DNA of 36,346 nucleotides from a virus (Duplodnaviria; Heunggongvirae; Uroviricota; Caudoviricetes): IMG/VR virus record IMGVR_UViG_2529292882_000022, positions 1 to 36,346 of that record; one strand, 5' to 3'. Shown piece by piece: positions 29,281 to 36,346 of this stretch (position 1 is its first letter; each line of letters starts with the position of its first letter). The notes under the pieces were generated by a model. It saw only the letters and a program-made list of their open reading frames with translations, ran no database searches and was not told where the DNA came from. The position numbers and the translations under genes were made by a program.

Positions 29281-29388
29281 TTACTCACGAATCAAACGAG
29301 CATGCTGACCACTCATTTCAATGCGTAAGTATTGTGGCTTGCCGTCAATCAACGCGGTGATTAACTTGTCACCTGTAGGTTTCCACAT
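29281..29388 (-). CDS. small protein (35 aa) with strong RBS
   Basis: ATG 29388 preceded by AGGAG at optimal spacing; MWKPTGDKLITALIDGKPQYLRIEMSGQHARLIRE; below the 60-aa track cutoff. Confidence 0.3.
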   Translation of the reverse strand: MWKPTGDKLITALIDGKPQYLRIEMSGQHARLIRE

Positions 29389-29561
29389 AATTTTCTCCTG
29401 TTTTAATGCCCCTTGCCGCTGGGCAGTTGTTCAAATTTCATCTTGATTCGGCAAGATTTAGAATGAATAAGATAAAATTGGCACATGCAGCAGAATTTCA
29501 TGCTTTCCGGACGCTGGCGCATCCTTCATTTTTCAGCAAAATATTCTGCTCTTACAGGCGA

Positions 29562-29744
29562 TCAGTTCTGCATACACCGCCGGACACTATCAACAATTTC
29601 GCAGACCTGAGAAGCTGTATCGAAAAGCTGGCGCGCCTTATCCAGGCTGACGCACCCCACCAATAAAAAAGGCACCAGTATCGCTACCAGTGCCCATTTT
29701 GCCGCCGCTCGCGGCATTCTGTGTGTCCAGTGTTTTCGGCTCAT
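29562..29744 (-). CDS. small lipoprotein (60 aa), putative
   Basis: Signal peptide with lipobox-like LLVGC (MSRKHWTHRMPRAAAKWALVAILVPFLLVGC...); start separated by one base from the stop of the upstream 37-aa ORF. Confidence 0.4.
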   Translation of the reverse strand: MSRKHWTHRMPRAAAKWALVAILVPFLLVGCVSLDKARQLFDTASQVCEIVDSVRRCMQN

Positions 29745-29745
29745 A

Positions 29746-29859
29746 TCACCACCAACGCACAGCCCAAATCAGAACAGCGACCGCCACAAGGCGAATTGCA
29801 AAGGCCGCAGCCCTTGTCAAATCAAGGCTCGCGGGAGTTTCCACTTCAATACCTTTCAT
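29746..29859 (-). CDS. small hydrophobic membrane peptide (37 aa)
   Basis: MKGIEVETPASLDLTRAAAFAIRLVAVAVLIWAVRWW; GAGG 9 nt upstream of ATG 29859; stop one base before the lipoprotein ATG. Confidence 0.3.
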   Translation of the reverse strand: MKGIEVETPASLDLTRAAAFAIRLVAVAVLIWAVRWW

Positions 29860-29950
29860 AATGGACAACCTCAAAAAGAATCTTTTATACTTTCCCACGA
29901 GGATTTTCTCCGTACTCACTACTCACAATTTCCTCTTTGACGTGAAAACT

Positions 29951-29985
29951 AAAAACCCCGGACTGTTCCAGCAGCCGGGGTTTTT
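29951..29985. terminator. bidirectional rho-independent terminator hairpin (CCCCGG...CCGGGG flanked by A5 and T5)
   Basis: aaaaaCCCCGGactgttccagcagCCGGGGttttt; lies just downstream of the truncated minus-strand ORF ending at 30077. Confidence 0.6.
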
Positions 29986-30076
29986 GCTATCTGATGCTTG
30001 ATGCTGTACCCCTTACTTTCACTCATCGTAACCCCAGAAAAGAGCCTGCGTGAGTTGAGGGTGTTCAGCACTTCAG

Positions 30077-30221
30077 CGTCAGTTTTTAAACTGCTACGCG
30101 CTCTTTCATCCAGCCGTAGACAAACGACTCGTTGGCCTCGCGTTTTTCTGCCAGCTCCAGATAGCGGTCGCCCTGCGTGCAATTCAGCGCCTTCAGCATC
30201 ACCAGTTCGCCGTCTTTGCCA
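30077..30221 (-). pseudogene. 3' remnant of an ORF truncated by the Mu-like insertion
   Basis: Minus-strand open frame (...GDRYLELAEKREANESFVYGWMKERVAV, stop at 30077-30079) runs without a start up to the Mu-like terminal TG at 30222 and is followed by a terminator; reading frame assignment is tentative. Confidence 0.4.
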
Positions 30222-30405
30222 CTGTATTGATTCACTTGAAGTACGAAAAAAAACCGGGAGGACATTGGATTATTCGGGATCTGATGGGATTAGATTTGGT
30301 GGGGCTTGCAAGCCTGTAGCGCAAATTTTAGTCGTTAATCAATGAAACGCGAAAGATAGTAAAAAATTGCTTTTGTTTCATTGAAAATACGAAAAACAAA
30401 AACAC
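30222..30405 (+). repeat. Mu attL: transposase-binding repeats L1, L2, L3
   Basis: Repeated CGAAA-containing motifs at ~30235-30250 (tgaagtacgaaaaaaaac), ~30339-30358 (aatgaaacgcgaaagatag) and ~30379-30400 (ttgaaaatacgaaaaacaaaaac), at spacings matching Mu L1/L2/L3. Confidence 0.8.
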
Positions 30406-30561
30406 TGCAAATCATTTCAATAACAGCTTCAAAAAACGTTCAAAACCGATAACAACCAGGCTGTAACCAAATGACTCATATCACAAATCAGCTCATGCCG
30501 TTTAGGTATGTTACATGTGTGATTATGTGAGGTGAAGTATGTTTTAGCTGGTTCATGGTTG

Positions 30562-31080
30562 TTATACGGCTTTTTTTACATCTTGTGGTTCTTGCGAAGG
30601 AGCTACAAGACCTTCCTGTTCATGAATACCATGCTCTGACAAAATCTCTTTGCGCTCTTCTGCTGGTAAAGTTTCTAGCATTTGGGCGAGTTGTATGCAC
30701 TCACGCGATACGCCGTGCAGAGATTGGATTTGAGTCTGATCAAAGATACTTGGCATTAGTGCACTAAGTCCACCTTTACTAAGTAGCTTTAATGCCCTCT
30801 GGATTTCCTCTGGTTCTAACTCTGCAACCAAAGCCATTAACACAGAAGCTAACTTATAAGCTGACTTATCGTTATCTAATAACTGCGCCCCTCCTAATTC
30901 TGCCTGAGTGGCATCAGGTAATGAGCTGATATGGTATTCATAAGCAACACCCTTTACTCCTTTGATCTGTCTCTTTTTCCATCCCTCATTAGTTGCTTTG
31001 CGGCTAATACTACTTGCTGAAGACGGAAGACCAGCAACCCCTTGTAGCTCTTTAGCTGAAAACCATTCTTGTGTCATCAC
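30562..31080 (-). CDS. c: Mu-family lysogenic repressor c (D108-like N-terminal DNA-binding domain)
   Basis: Leftward gene at the Mu left end; C-terminus ...[13 protein letters not shown]...[35 protein letters not shown] resembles Mu c, and the N-terminus shares a motif with the N-terminus of transposase A (WFSAKEL.G..GLP.S.S.ISRKA). Confidence 0.85.
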   Translation of the reverse strand: MMTQEWFSAKELQGVAGLPSSASSISRKATNEGWKKRQIKGVKGVAYEYHISSLPDATQAELGGAQLLDNDKSAYKLASVLMALVAELEPEEIQRALKLLSKGGLSALMPSIFDQTQIQSLHGVSRECIQLAQMLETLPAEERKEILSEHGIHEQEGLVAPSQEPQDVKKAV

Positions 31081-31277
31081 AAACCTCGCTTTAAATACAC
31101 GATGTATTCAAAGAAATGAAAAATATATTCACTTTAAAATCATCGAGATAGATGAATTTCAAACAAAACATTTGAATACACTATTGCATTGACAATGTAT
31201 TCACACTAGCATTACTGCATACCTTATCAGCTACCTTGCGGCGTAGCTGATGGCGTAGCTTGTGAGGATTGCATTTT
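31081..31277. promoter_or_regulatory. c-ner intergenic operator/promoter region (early promoter, repressor promoter, enhancer)
   Basis: AT-rich divergent intergenic region with repeated TGTATTCA-type motifs (~31103, ~31126, ~31176 inverted, ~31194) and an inverted repeat CAGCTAC(31228-31234)/GTAGCTG(31243-31249) plus a third GCGTAGCT copy at ~31254-31260, just upstream of ner. Confidence 0.6.
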
Positions 31278-31496
31278 ATGGCGATAAAGAAAAGTAAATG
31301 TGAAGACAAAAGTAGATACGACATTGTTGCTGATCTGCGCAAAAGAGGAAAAAGCCTAGCAGCTCTTGGTCGTGAGAACGGTCTCTCTATCTCTACGGTA
31401 AAAAATGCCTTGGATAAACCTTACCCTCGGGGGGAAAGAATCATTGCCGATGCATTGGGAGTTGAGCCACGAGACATCTGGCCTTCGAGGTATTGA
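31278..31496 (+). CDS. ner: Ner-like early regulator (DNA-binding)
   Basis: 72-aa ORF between c and A; ...[42 protein letters not shown] resembles Mu/D108 Ner; ATG 31278 with GAGGA upstream (track start 31269 is TTG). Confidence 0.85.
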   Translation: MAIKKSKCEDKSRYDIVADLRKRGKSLAALGRENGLSISTVKNALDKPYPRGERIIADALGVEPRDIWPSRY

Positions 31497-31498
31497 AA

Positions 31499-33499
31499 AT
31501 GCAACCACAATGTAATGATTGGTTTTCTGCAAAGAAATTAGAAGGGCTGATAGGTCTTCCAAAATCCTCTAGCGCGATCTCTCGTAAAGCAAGGTTAGAA
31601 CAGTGGGTGTTTCGACAGATACACGGGGTAAGAGGAGTAGCCTATGAGTTTCATATCTCATCTTTACCAAAGGAAACGCAAGCTGCGTTGTTGCTTAGAC
31701 AAGGAGAGATCGAAACAAGCCAGGGCCGTTTTGAAATCGCCCGCCCCACGCTGGAAGCCCATGATTATGATCGTGAGGCACTGTGGAGCAAATGGGATAA
31801 CGCCAGCGATTCCCAGCGCAGACTTGCTGAAAAATGGTTGCCTGCGGTTCAGGCCGCAGACGAAATGCTGAACCAGGGGATTTCAACAAAAACGGCTTTT
31901 GCGACCGTTGCAGGGCATTACCAGGTCAGCGCATCCACTTTGCGGGACAAGTATTACCAGGTACAGAAGTTTGCGAAGCCTGACTGGGCGGCTGCGCTTG
32001 TTGATGGACGTGGTGCATCCCGTCGCAACGTTCACAAAAGTGAATTTGACGAGGATGCCTGGCAGTTTCTGATTGCAGATTATCTGCGACCGGAAAAGCC
32101 CGCCTTCCGCAAATGTTATGAGCGTCTGGAACTGGCAGCCCGCGAGCATGGCTGGAGTATTCCCTCCCGTGCCACGGCCTTTCGCCGGATTCAGCAACTG
32201 GACGAGGCAATGGTTGTTGCCTGTCGTGAAGGTGAACATGCACTGATGCATCTGATACCGGCACAGCAGCGAACTGTGGAACACCTGGACGCCATGCAGT
32301 GGATCAACGGCGACGGTTATCTGCATAACGTCTTTGTACGCTGGTTTAACGGTGATGTGATCCGCCCGAAAACATGGTTCTGGCAGGATGTGAAAACCCG
32401 AAAAATTCTGGGCTGGCGCTGCGATGTAAGCGAGAACATCGACTCAATTCGCCTCTCATTCATGGATGTGGTGACACGCTACGGCATCCCGGAGGATTTT
32501 CACATCACCATTGATAACACCCGTGGTGCAGCGAATAAATGGCTGACGGGGGGCGCGCCCAATCGCTACCGCTTTAAGGTAAAAGAGGACGATCCAAAGG
32601 GACTGTTTTTACTGATGGGCGCGAAAATGCACTGGACAAGCGTTGTTGCCGGTAAAGGCTGGGGCCAGGCAAAACCTGTTGAACGTGCTTTCGGTGTTGG
32701 TGGGCTTGAGGAATACGTTGATAAGCATCCGGCACTGGCTGGCGCATATACGGGGCCAAATCCGCAGGCAAAACCTGATAACTATGGCGACCGCGCTGTT
32801 GATGCAGAGCTGTTTCTGAAAACCCTTGCCGAAGGTGTGGCGATGTTCAATGCCAGAACAGGCCGTGAAACAGAAATGTGCGGAGGCAAACTTTCGTTTG
32901 ATGACGTTTTTGAGCGTGAATACGCCAGAACGATTGTGCGTAAGCCTACCGAAGAGCAAAAACGGATGCTGTTACTGCCTGCCGAGGCGGTGAACGTTTC
33001 ACGTAAAGGCGAGTTCGCGCTTAAAGTTGGCGGCTCCCTTAAAGGCGCGAAAAACGTTTATTACAACATGGCGTTAATGAATGCCGGAGTGAAAAAAGTT
33101 GTGGTCAGATTTGATCCACAGCAGTTACACAGCACGGTTTATTGCTACACCCTGGACGGTCGGTTTATCTGTGAAGCGGAATGTCTGGCACCTGTTGCGT
33201 TTAATGATGCTGCGGCAGGCCGTGAATATCGCCGCCGCCAGAAACAACTGAAATCTGCGACGAAAGCAGCGATTAAGGCACAGAAACAAATGGATGCACT
33301 GGAAGTGGCAGAGCTGCTGCCGCAGATAGCCGAACCTGAAGCACCAGAATCACGAATTGTCGGCATTTTCCGGCCTTCCGGTAATACGGAACGAGTGAAG
33401 AATCAGGAGCGTGATGATGAATACGAAACTGAGCGTGATGAATATCTGAATCATTCGCTGGATATTCTGGAACAGAACAGACGTAAAAAAGCCATTTAA
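31499..33499 (+). CDS. A: Mu-type DDE transposase A
   Basis: From ...[19 protein letters not shown]... onward the protein matches my recollection of MuA almost residue for residue through the C-terminus ...[12 protein letters not shown]; the N-terminal ~60 aa differ from Mu (D108-like). ATG at 31499. Confidence 0.95.
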   Translation: MQPQCNDWFSAKKLEGLIGLPKSSSAISRKARLEQWVFRQIHGVRGVAYEFHISSLPKETQAALLLRQGEIETSQGRFEIARPTLEAHDYDREALWSKWDNASDSQRRLAEKWLPAVQAADEMLNQGISTKTAFATVAGHYQVSASTLRDKYYQVQKFAKPDWAAALVDGRGASRRNVHKSEFDEDAWQFLIADYLRPEKPAFRKCYERLELAAREHGWSIPSRATAFRRIQQLDEAMVVACREGEHALMHLIPAQQRTVEHLDAMQWINGDGYLHNVFVRWFNGDVIRPKTWFWQDVKTRKILGWRCDVSENIDSIRLSFMDVVTRYGIPEDFHITIDNTRGAANKWLTGGAPNRYRFKVKEDDPKGLFLLMGAKMHWTSVVAGKGWGQAKPVERAFGVGGLEEYVDKHPALAGAYTGPNPQAKPDNYGDRAVDAELFLKTLAEGVAMFNARTGRETEMCGGKLSFDDVFEREYARTIVRKPTEEQKRMLLLPAEAVNVSRKGEFALKVGGSLKGAKNVYYNMALMNAGVKKVVVRFDPQQLHSTVYCYTLDGRFICEAECLAPVAFNDAAAGREYRRRQKQLKSATKAAIKAQKQMDALEVAELLPQIAEPEAPESRIVGIFRPSGNTERVKNQERDDEYETERDEYLNHSLDILEQNRRKKAI

Positions 33500-33537
33500 T
33501 TAACGTTTAAACAAAATTTAATTACGAGGTTATTCAG

Positions 33538-34476
33538 ATGAATATTTCCGATATTCGCGCAGGACTGCGCACGCTTGTAGAAAATGAAGAAACCACCTTT
33601 AAACAAATTGCTCTTGAGAGCGGACTTTCTACCGGAACTATCAGTAGTTTTATCAATGATAAGTACAACGGGGATAACGAGCGTGTTTCACAAATTCTGC
33701 AACGCTGGCTGGAAAAATATCATGCAGTGGCAGAACTACCTGAACCCCCCCGCTTTGTGGAAACGCAGACGGTAAAACAAATCTGGACAAGTATGCGTTT
33801 TGCCAGCCTGACTGAAAGTATTGCTGTTGTATGTGGCAATCCTGGTGTGGGCAAAACCGAAGCGGCCCGTGAATATCGCCGCACCAATAACAATGTCTGG
33901 ATGATCACCATTACGCCATCCTGTGCCAGCGTTCTGGAATGTCTTACTGAACTGGCGTTTGAGCTGGGAATGAATGACGCACCACGCCGTAAAGGGCCGC
34001 TCTCCCGCGCCCTGCGACGTCGCCTTGAAGGTACACAGGGGCTGGTTATCATCGACGAAGCTGATCATCTTGGTGCCGAAGTTCTGGAAGAACTCCGCCT
34101 GTTACAGGAATCAACCCGCACTGGCCTTGTGCTGATGGGAAATCACCGGGTTTATTCAAATATGACGGGGGGTAACAGAACGGTTGAATTTGCCCGTCTG
34201 TTTTCCCGTATTGCAAAGCGCACTGCAATTAATAAAACCAAAAAAGCCGATGTAAAAGCTATTGCGGATGCCTGGCAGATTAACGGCGAAAATGAACTGG
34301 AGTTATTACAGCAGATTGCGCAGAAACCAGGTGCGCTTCGCATTCTGAATCATTCACTTCGCCTTGCCGCCATGACGGCTCACGGTAAAGGTGAGCGTGT
34401 TAACGAAGATTATCTGCGTCAGGCTTTCCGTGAATTAGACCTGGACGTTGATATTTCAACGCTGCTGCGTAATTAA
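33538..34476 (+). CDS. B: Mu B, ATP-dependent target DNA activator
   Basis: 312 aa, immediately after A; Walker A GNPGVGKT, Walker B-like VIIDEADHL; matches MuB as remembered. Confidence 0.95.
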   Translation: MNISDIRAGLRTLVENEETTFKQIALESGLSTGTISSFINDKYNGDNERVSQILQRWLEKYHAVAELPEPPRFVETQTVKQIWTSMRFASLTESIAVVCGNPGVGKTEAAREYRRTNNNVWMITITPSCASVLECLTELAFELGMNDAPRRKGPLSRALRRRLEGTQGLVIIDEADHLGAEVLEELRLLQESTRTGLVLMGNHRVYSNMTGGNRTVEFARLFSRIAKRTAINKTKKADVKAIADAWQINGENELELLQQIAQKPGALRILNHSLRLAAMTAHGKGERVNEDYLRQAFRELDLDVDISTLLRN

Positions 34477-34491
34477 GAAGGAGAAGAAATT

Positions 34492-34719
34492 ATGATGGCC
34501 CGAAATATAAAGATGGCAACGGATGCGCAGAACTGGTTACAGGCGCGCGGGAGTCATGTAAATGAATCATATCTCGGCGTGGCGCGTCCGATTCTTGAAA
34601 TCACTTACCCACCGGTGGAACTGGTAAAAAGCGCGGTCAGAATTATGGAGCATAAGTCCGGGGTAGCCCGTTCTGTATGGACGGCCCGTCTTAATGGTTG
34701 CCAGATTATCTGGAGATAA
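34492..34719 (+). CDS. kil: Kil-like protein (first gene of Mu semi-essential region)
   Basis: 75-aa ORF directly downstream of B with AAGGAGAAG RBS; assignment by position and size in the Mu map. Confidence 0.5.
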   Translation: MMARNIKMATDAQNWLQARGSHVNESYLGVARPILEITYPPVELVKSAVRIMEHKSGVARSVWTARLNGCQIIWR

Positions 34720-34721
34720 CG

Positions 34722-34952
34722 ATGTGTATTAAAGCTGAAAAATATATTGAATGGGTTAAACACTGTCAGTGCCACGGGGTGCCGCTGACGACATATAAAT
34801 GCCCCGGATGCGGTGAACAGATTATGACTCAATGCTCACACGAAAAGGAAATTCGGGATTCCCTGACATGTTGTCCGTGGTGCAGCGCAGTTTTCTTTAA
34901 GCAGGTAAAAGGCGCGAAGGTAAAAGCCAGCGCAATTATTCAGAATCAATAA
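34722..34952 (+). CDS. small Cys-rich (zinc-ribbon-like) early protein
   Basis: 76 aa with paired cysteine motifs (CQCH ... CPGCGEQ ... CCPWC); ATG 34722 preceded by GGAG. Confidence 0.45.
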   Translation: MCIKAEKYIEWVKHCQCHGVPLTTYKCPGCGEQIMTQCSHEKEIRDSLTCCPWCSAVFFKQVKGAKVKASAIIQNQ

Positions 34953-34963
34953 GGAGAAATAAA

Positions 34964-35227
34964 ATGGCAAAGGTAATTATTGAAATTAAAAATACAGTAT
35001 CTGGAATTAAAGGACGGAATTTGCGCACCAGCATTGCGGTGGACGGTAGTGCGGAACTGGACGGTGATGAGGGGACACTTGCTGGCATGGTGGCGTTACT
35101 GGTGCTTAATAAAAGCCAGAAAATAATTAATGAGTCAGCCCATGAAGCTATTGAGATTTTGAAAAACGATGGTGTCATCACAGGTGGCAGTGTCACTGAA
35201 ATGGCTGTTGAAAAAACATGTCACTGA
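34964..35227 (+). CDS. small early protein (87 aa), Mu semi-essential region
   Basis: ATG with AAGGAGAAAT RBS; same strand and tight spacing with neighbours. Confidence 0.45.
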   Translation: MAKVIIEIKNTVSGIKGRNLRTSIAVDGSAELDGDEGTLAGMVALLVLNKSQKIINESAHEAIEILKNDGVITGGSVTEMAVEKTCH

Positions 35228-35241
35228 AAGGAACGCTGACA

Positions 35242-35661
35242 ATGAACGTCAAAATCCGAAATGAAATTCAGGCATTAATCCGAATTCAGGAACGCAATAA
35301 CAACGGTGGTGAATTACGCGAGTTTATTTGCACCCGGAAAGTTGATGATTGTGATGAAAAAACGTACCTGATCGCTTTCGACCATTACAGCATCTGTGCG
35401 CGTTATTGCGGCGAAAGCATATCCCGCGCCATTGCATTTGGCGGTGCGTTCAACGTGGATTTATGGGAGTACGTCATGGACCGGGAATACATCTGCGCAT
35501 CAGACCCTGAAGCCCGTGAAATGTGGCAGCGTATCTGGCGCGATTACCGGTTAATGGCAAAAGGCTGGGCGCACTGCTGTTATTCCTCGCTTGCCCTGAA
35601 AGCGGTTCAGCTATCGCTGCGGCATATTCCGGCATCACAGCGCGAGCCTCTGCTGTACTGA
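35242..35661 (+). CDS. early protein (about 139 aa), Mu semi-essential region
   Basis: Track ORF begins 35218 overlapping the previous gene; ATG 35242 with AAAGGAA upstream is the likelier start. Confidence 0.4.
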   Translation: MNVKIRNEIQALIRIQERNNNGGELREFICTRKVDDCDEKTYLIAFDHYSICARYCGESISRAIAFGGAFNVDLWEYVMDREYICASDPEAREMWQRIWRDYRLMAKGWAHCCYSSLALKAVQLSLRHIPASQREPLLY

Positions 35662-35961
35662 ATGGTGGCTGACATGAAGTGTAATCGTAAACGCTGGTCA
35701 CGCGAAGACCGGGAATTTATCGAAGCCAACGTCGGGAAAATGACCGTTGAAGAAATGGCGGAAAAACTGAAAGTCGCCACAACCGCCCTCCGGGCACATG
35801 CCAGAAGGCACGGAATATCATTGTGTGTATACCGAATCAGTGAACACGACAAATATTTATGCCGTGAACTTTATAAAGAAGGGCTGGATATTCATGTCAT
35901 TGCCCGAAAGATGGAATTAAGCAATCGAGCTGTATCCAGCATTGTATACAGCGGATATTAA
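35662..35961 (+). CDS. early protein (99 aa), Mu semi-essential region
   Basis: ATG abuts the previous stop (TGAATG coupling); basic, possibly DNA-binding. Confidence 0.4.
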   Translation: MVADMKCNRKRWSREDREFIEANVGKMTVEEMAEKLKVATTALRAHARRHGISLCVYRISEHDKYLCRELYKEGLDIHVIARKMELSNRAVSSIVYSGY

Positions 35962-35980
35962 TTAACAGGAGCTTTAATTT

Positions 35981-36346
35981 ATGGCTAAACCAGCAAAACG
36001 CATCAAAAGTGCCGCAGCGGCTTATGTGCCACAAAACCGCGATGCGGTGATTACCGATATTAAACGCATCGGGGATTTACAGCGCGAAGCATCACGTCTG
36101 GAAACGGAAATGAATGATGCCATCGCGGAAATTACGGAGAAATTTGCAGCCCGGATTGCACCGATTAAAACCGATATTGAAACCCTTTCAAAAGGCGTTC
36201 AGGGATGGTGTGAAGCGAACCGCAACGAACTGACGAACGGCGGCAAAGTGAAGACGGCGAATCTTGTCACCGGTGATGTATCGTGGCGGGTCCGTCCACC
36301 ATCAGTAAGTATTCGTGGTATGGATGCAGTGATGGAAACGCTGGAG
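35981..36346 (+). CDS. gam: Gam, DNA-end-binding host-nuclease inhibitor (3'-truncated by window edge)
   Basis: Open frame to the window end, translating MAKPAKRIKSAAAAYVPQNRDAVITDIKRIGDLQREASRLETEMNDAIAEITEKF..., which matches Mu Gam as remembered; not in the ORF track because no stop lies inside the window. Confidence 0.85.
   Translation, partial: MAKPAKRIKSAAAAYVPQNRDAVITDIKRIGDLQREASRLETEMNDAIAEITEKFAARIAPIKTDIETLSKGVQGWCEANRNELTNGGKVKTANLVTGDVSWRVRPPSVSIRGMDAVMETLE

Larger units (their letters stand above)
30222..36346 (+). mobile_element. Mu/D108-like transposable prophage, left end and early region (continues beyond window)
   Basis: Terminal sequence TGTATTGATTCACTTGAAGTACGAAAAAAAACCGGGAGG... 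matches the phage Mu left end as I recall it; followed by Mu gene order c (leftward), ner, A, B, kil, small ORFs, gam. Confidence 0.9.

Noticed and set aside
29406-30345. Plus-strand ORFs 29406..29666, 29690..30001 and 29998..30345
   Set aside because: They are antisense to better-supported small minus-strand genes, cross a terminator hairpin or the Mu-like insertion junction, and lack RBS; most likely spurious.
30562-31080. Alternative reading of the leftward 172-aa gene as a non-repressor protein
   Set aside because: Its position at the Mu left end, divergent from ner, together with the N-terminal motif shared with transposase A and the Mu c-like C-terminal tail, supports the repressor call.
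1-36346. CRISPR array, rRNA or tRNA genes (including a tRNA as integration target)
   Set aside because: No regularly spaced direct repeats with unique spacers and no tRNA-like cloverleaf region noticed on either strand; Mu-type elements transpose without site specificity, so no att-tRNA is expected. Not verified computationally.

Overview
The window holds two phage-derived elements joined at a sharp junction near 30221/30222. (1) Positions ~823-29860, all on the minus strand, are the late/structural region of a contractile-tailed prophage in Mu-like tail gene order: ParB-like nuclease, GT-A-like protein, small and large terminase, portal, head morphogenesis, scaffold, major capsid, sheath, tube, frameshifted tail chaperone, tape measure with a lytic transglycosylase domain, baseplate, and two tandem tail-fibre/chaperone cassettes. 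It also carries an AT-rich opposite-strand moron (8514-9569) and an AT-rich cargo ORF (1-750). (2) From 30222 to the window end is the left end of a Mu/D108-like transposable phage: terminal MuA-binding repeats (attL), leftward repressor c, then ner, transposase A, B, kil, four small early ORFs and the start of gam on the plus strand. The Mu-like element appears to have transposed into the resident prophage, truncating an ORF (30077-30221). All functional calls rest on reading the translations, remembered family motifs and synteny; no database search was possible, so product names for the structural genes are putative. No rRNA, tRNA or CRISPR array was seen.
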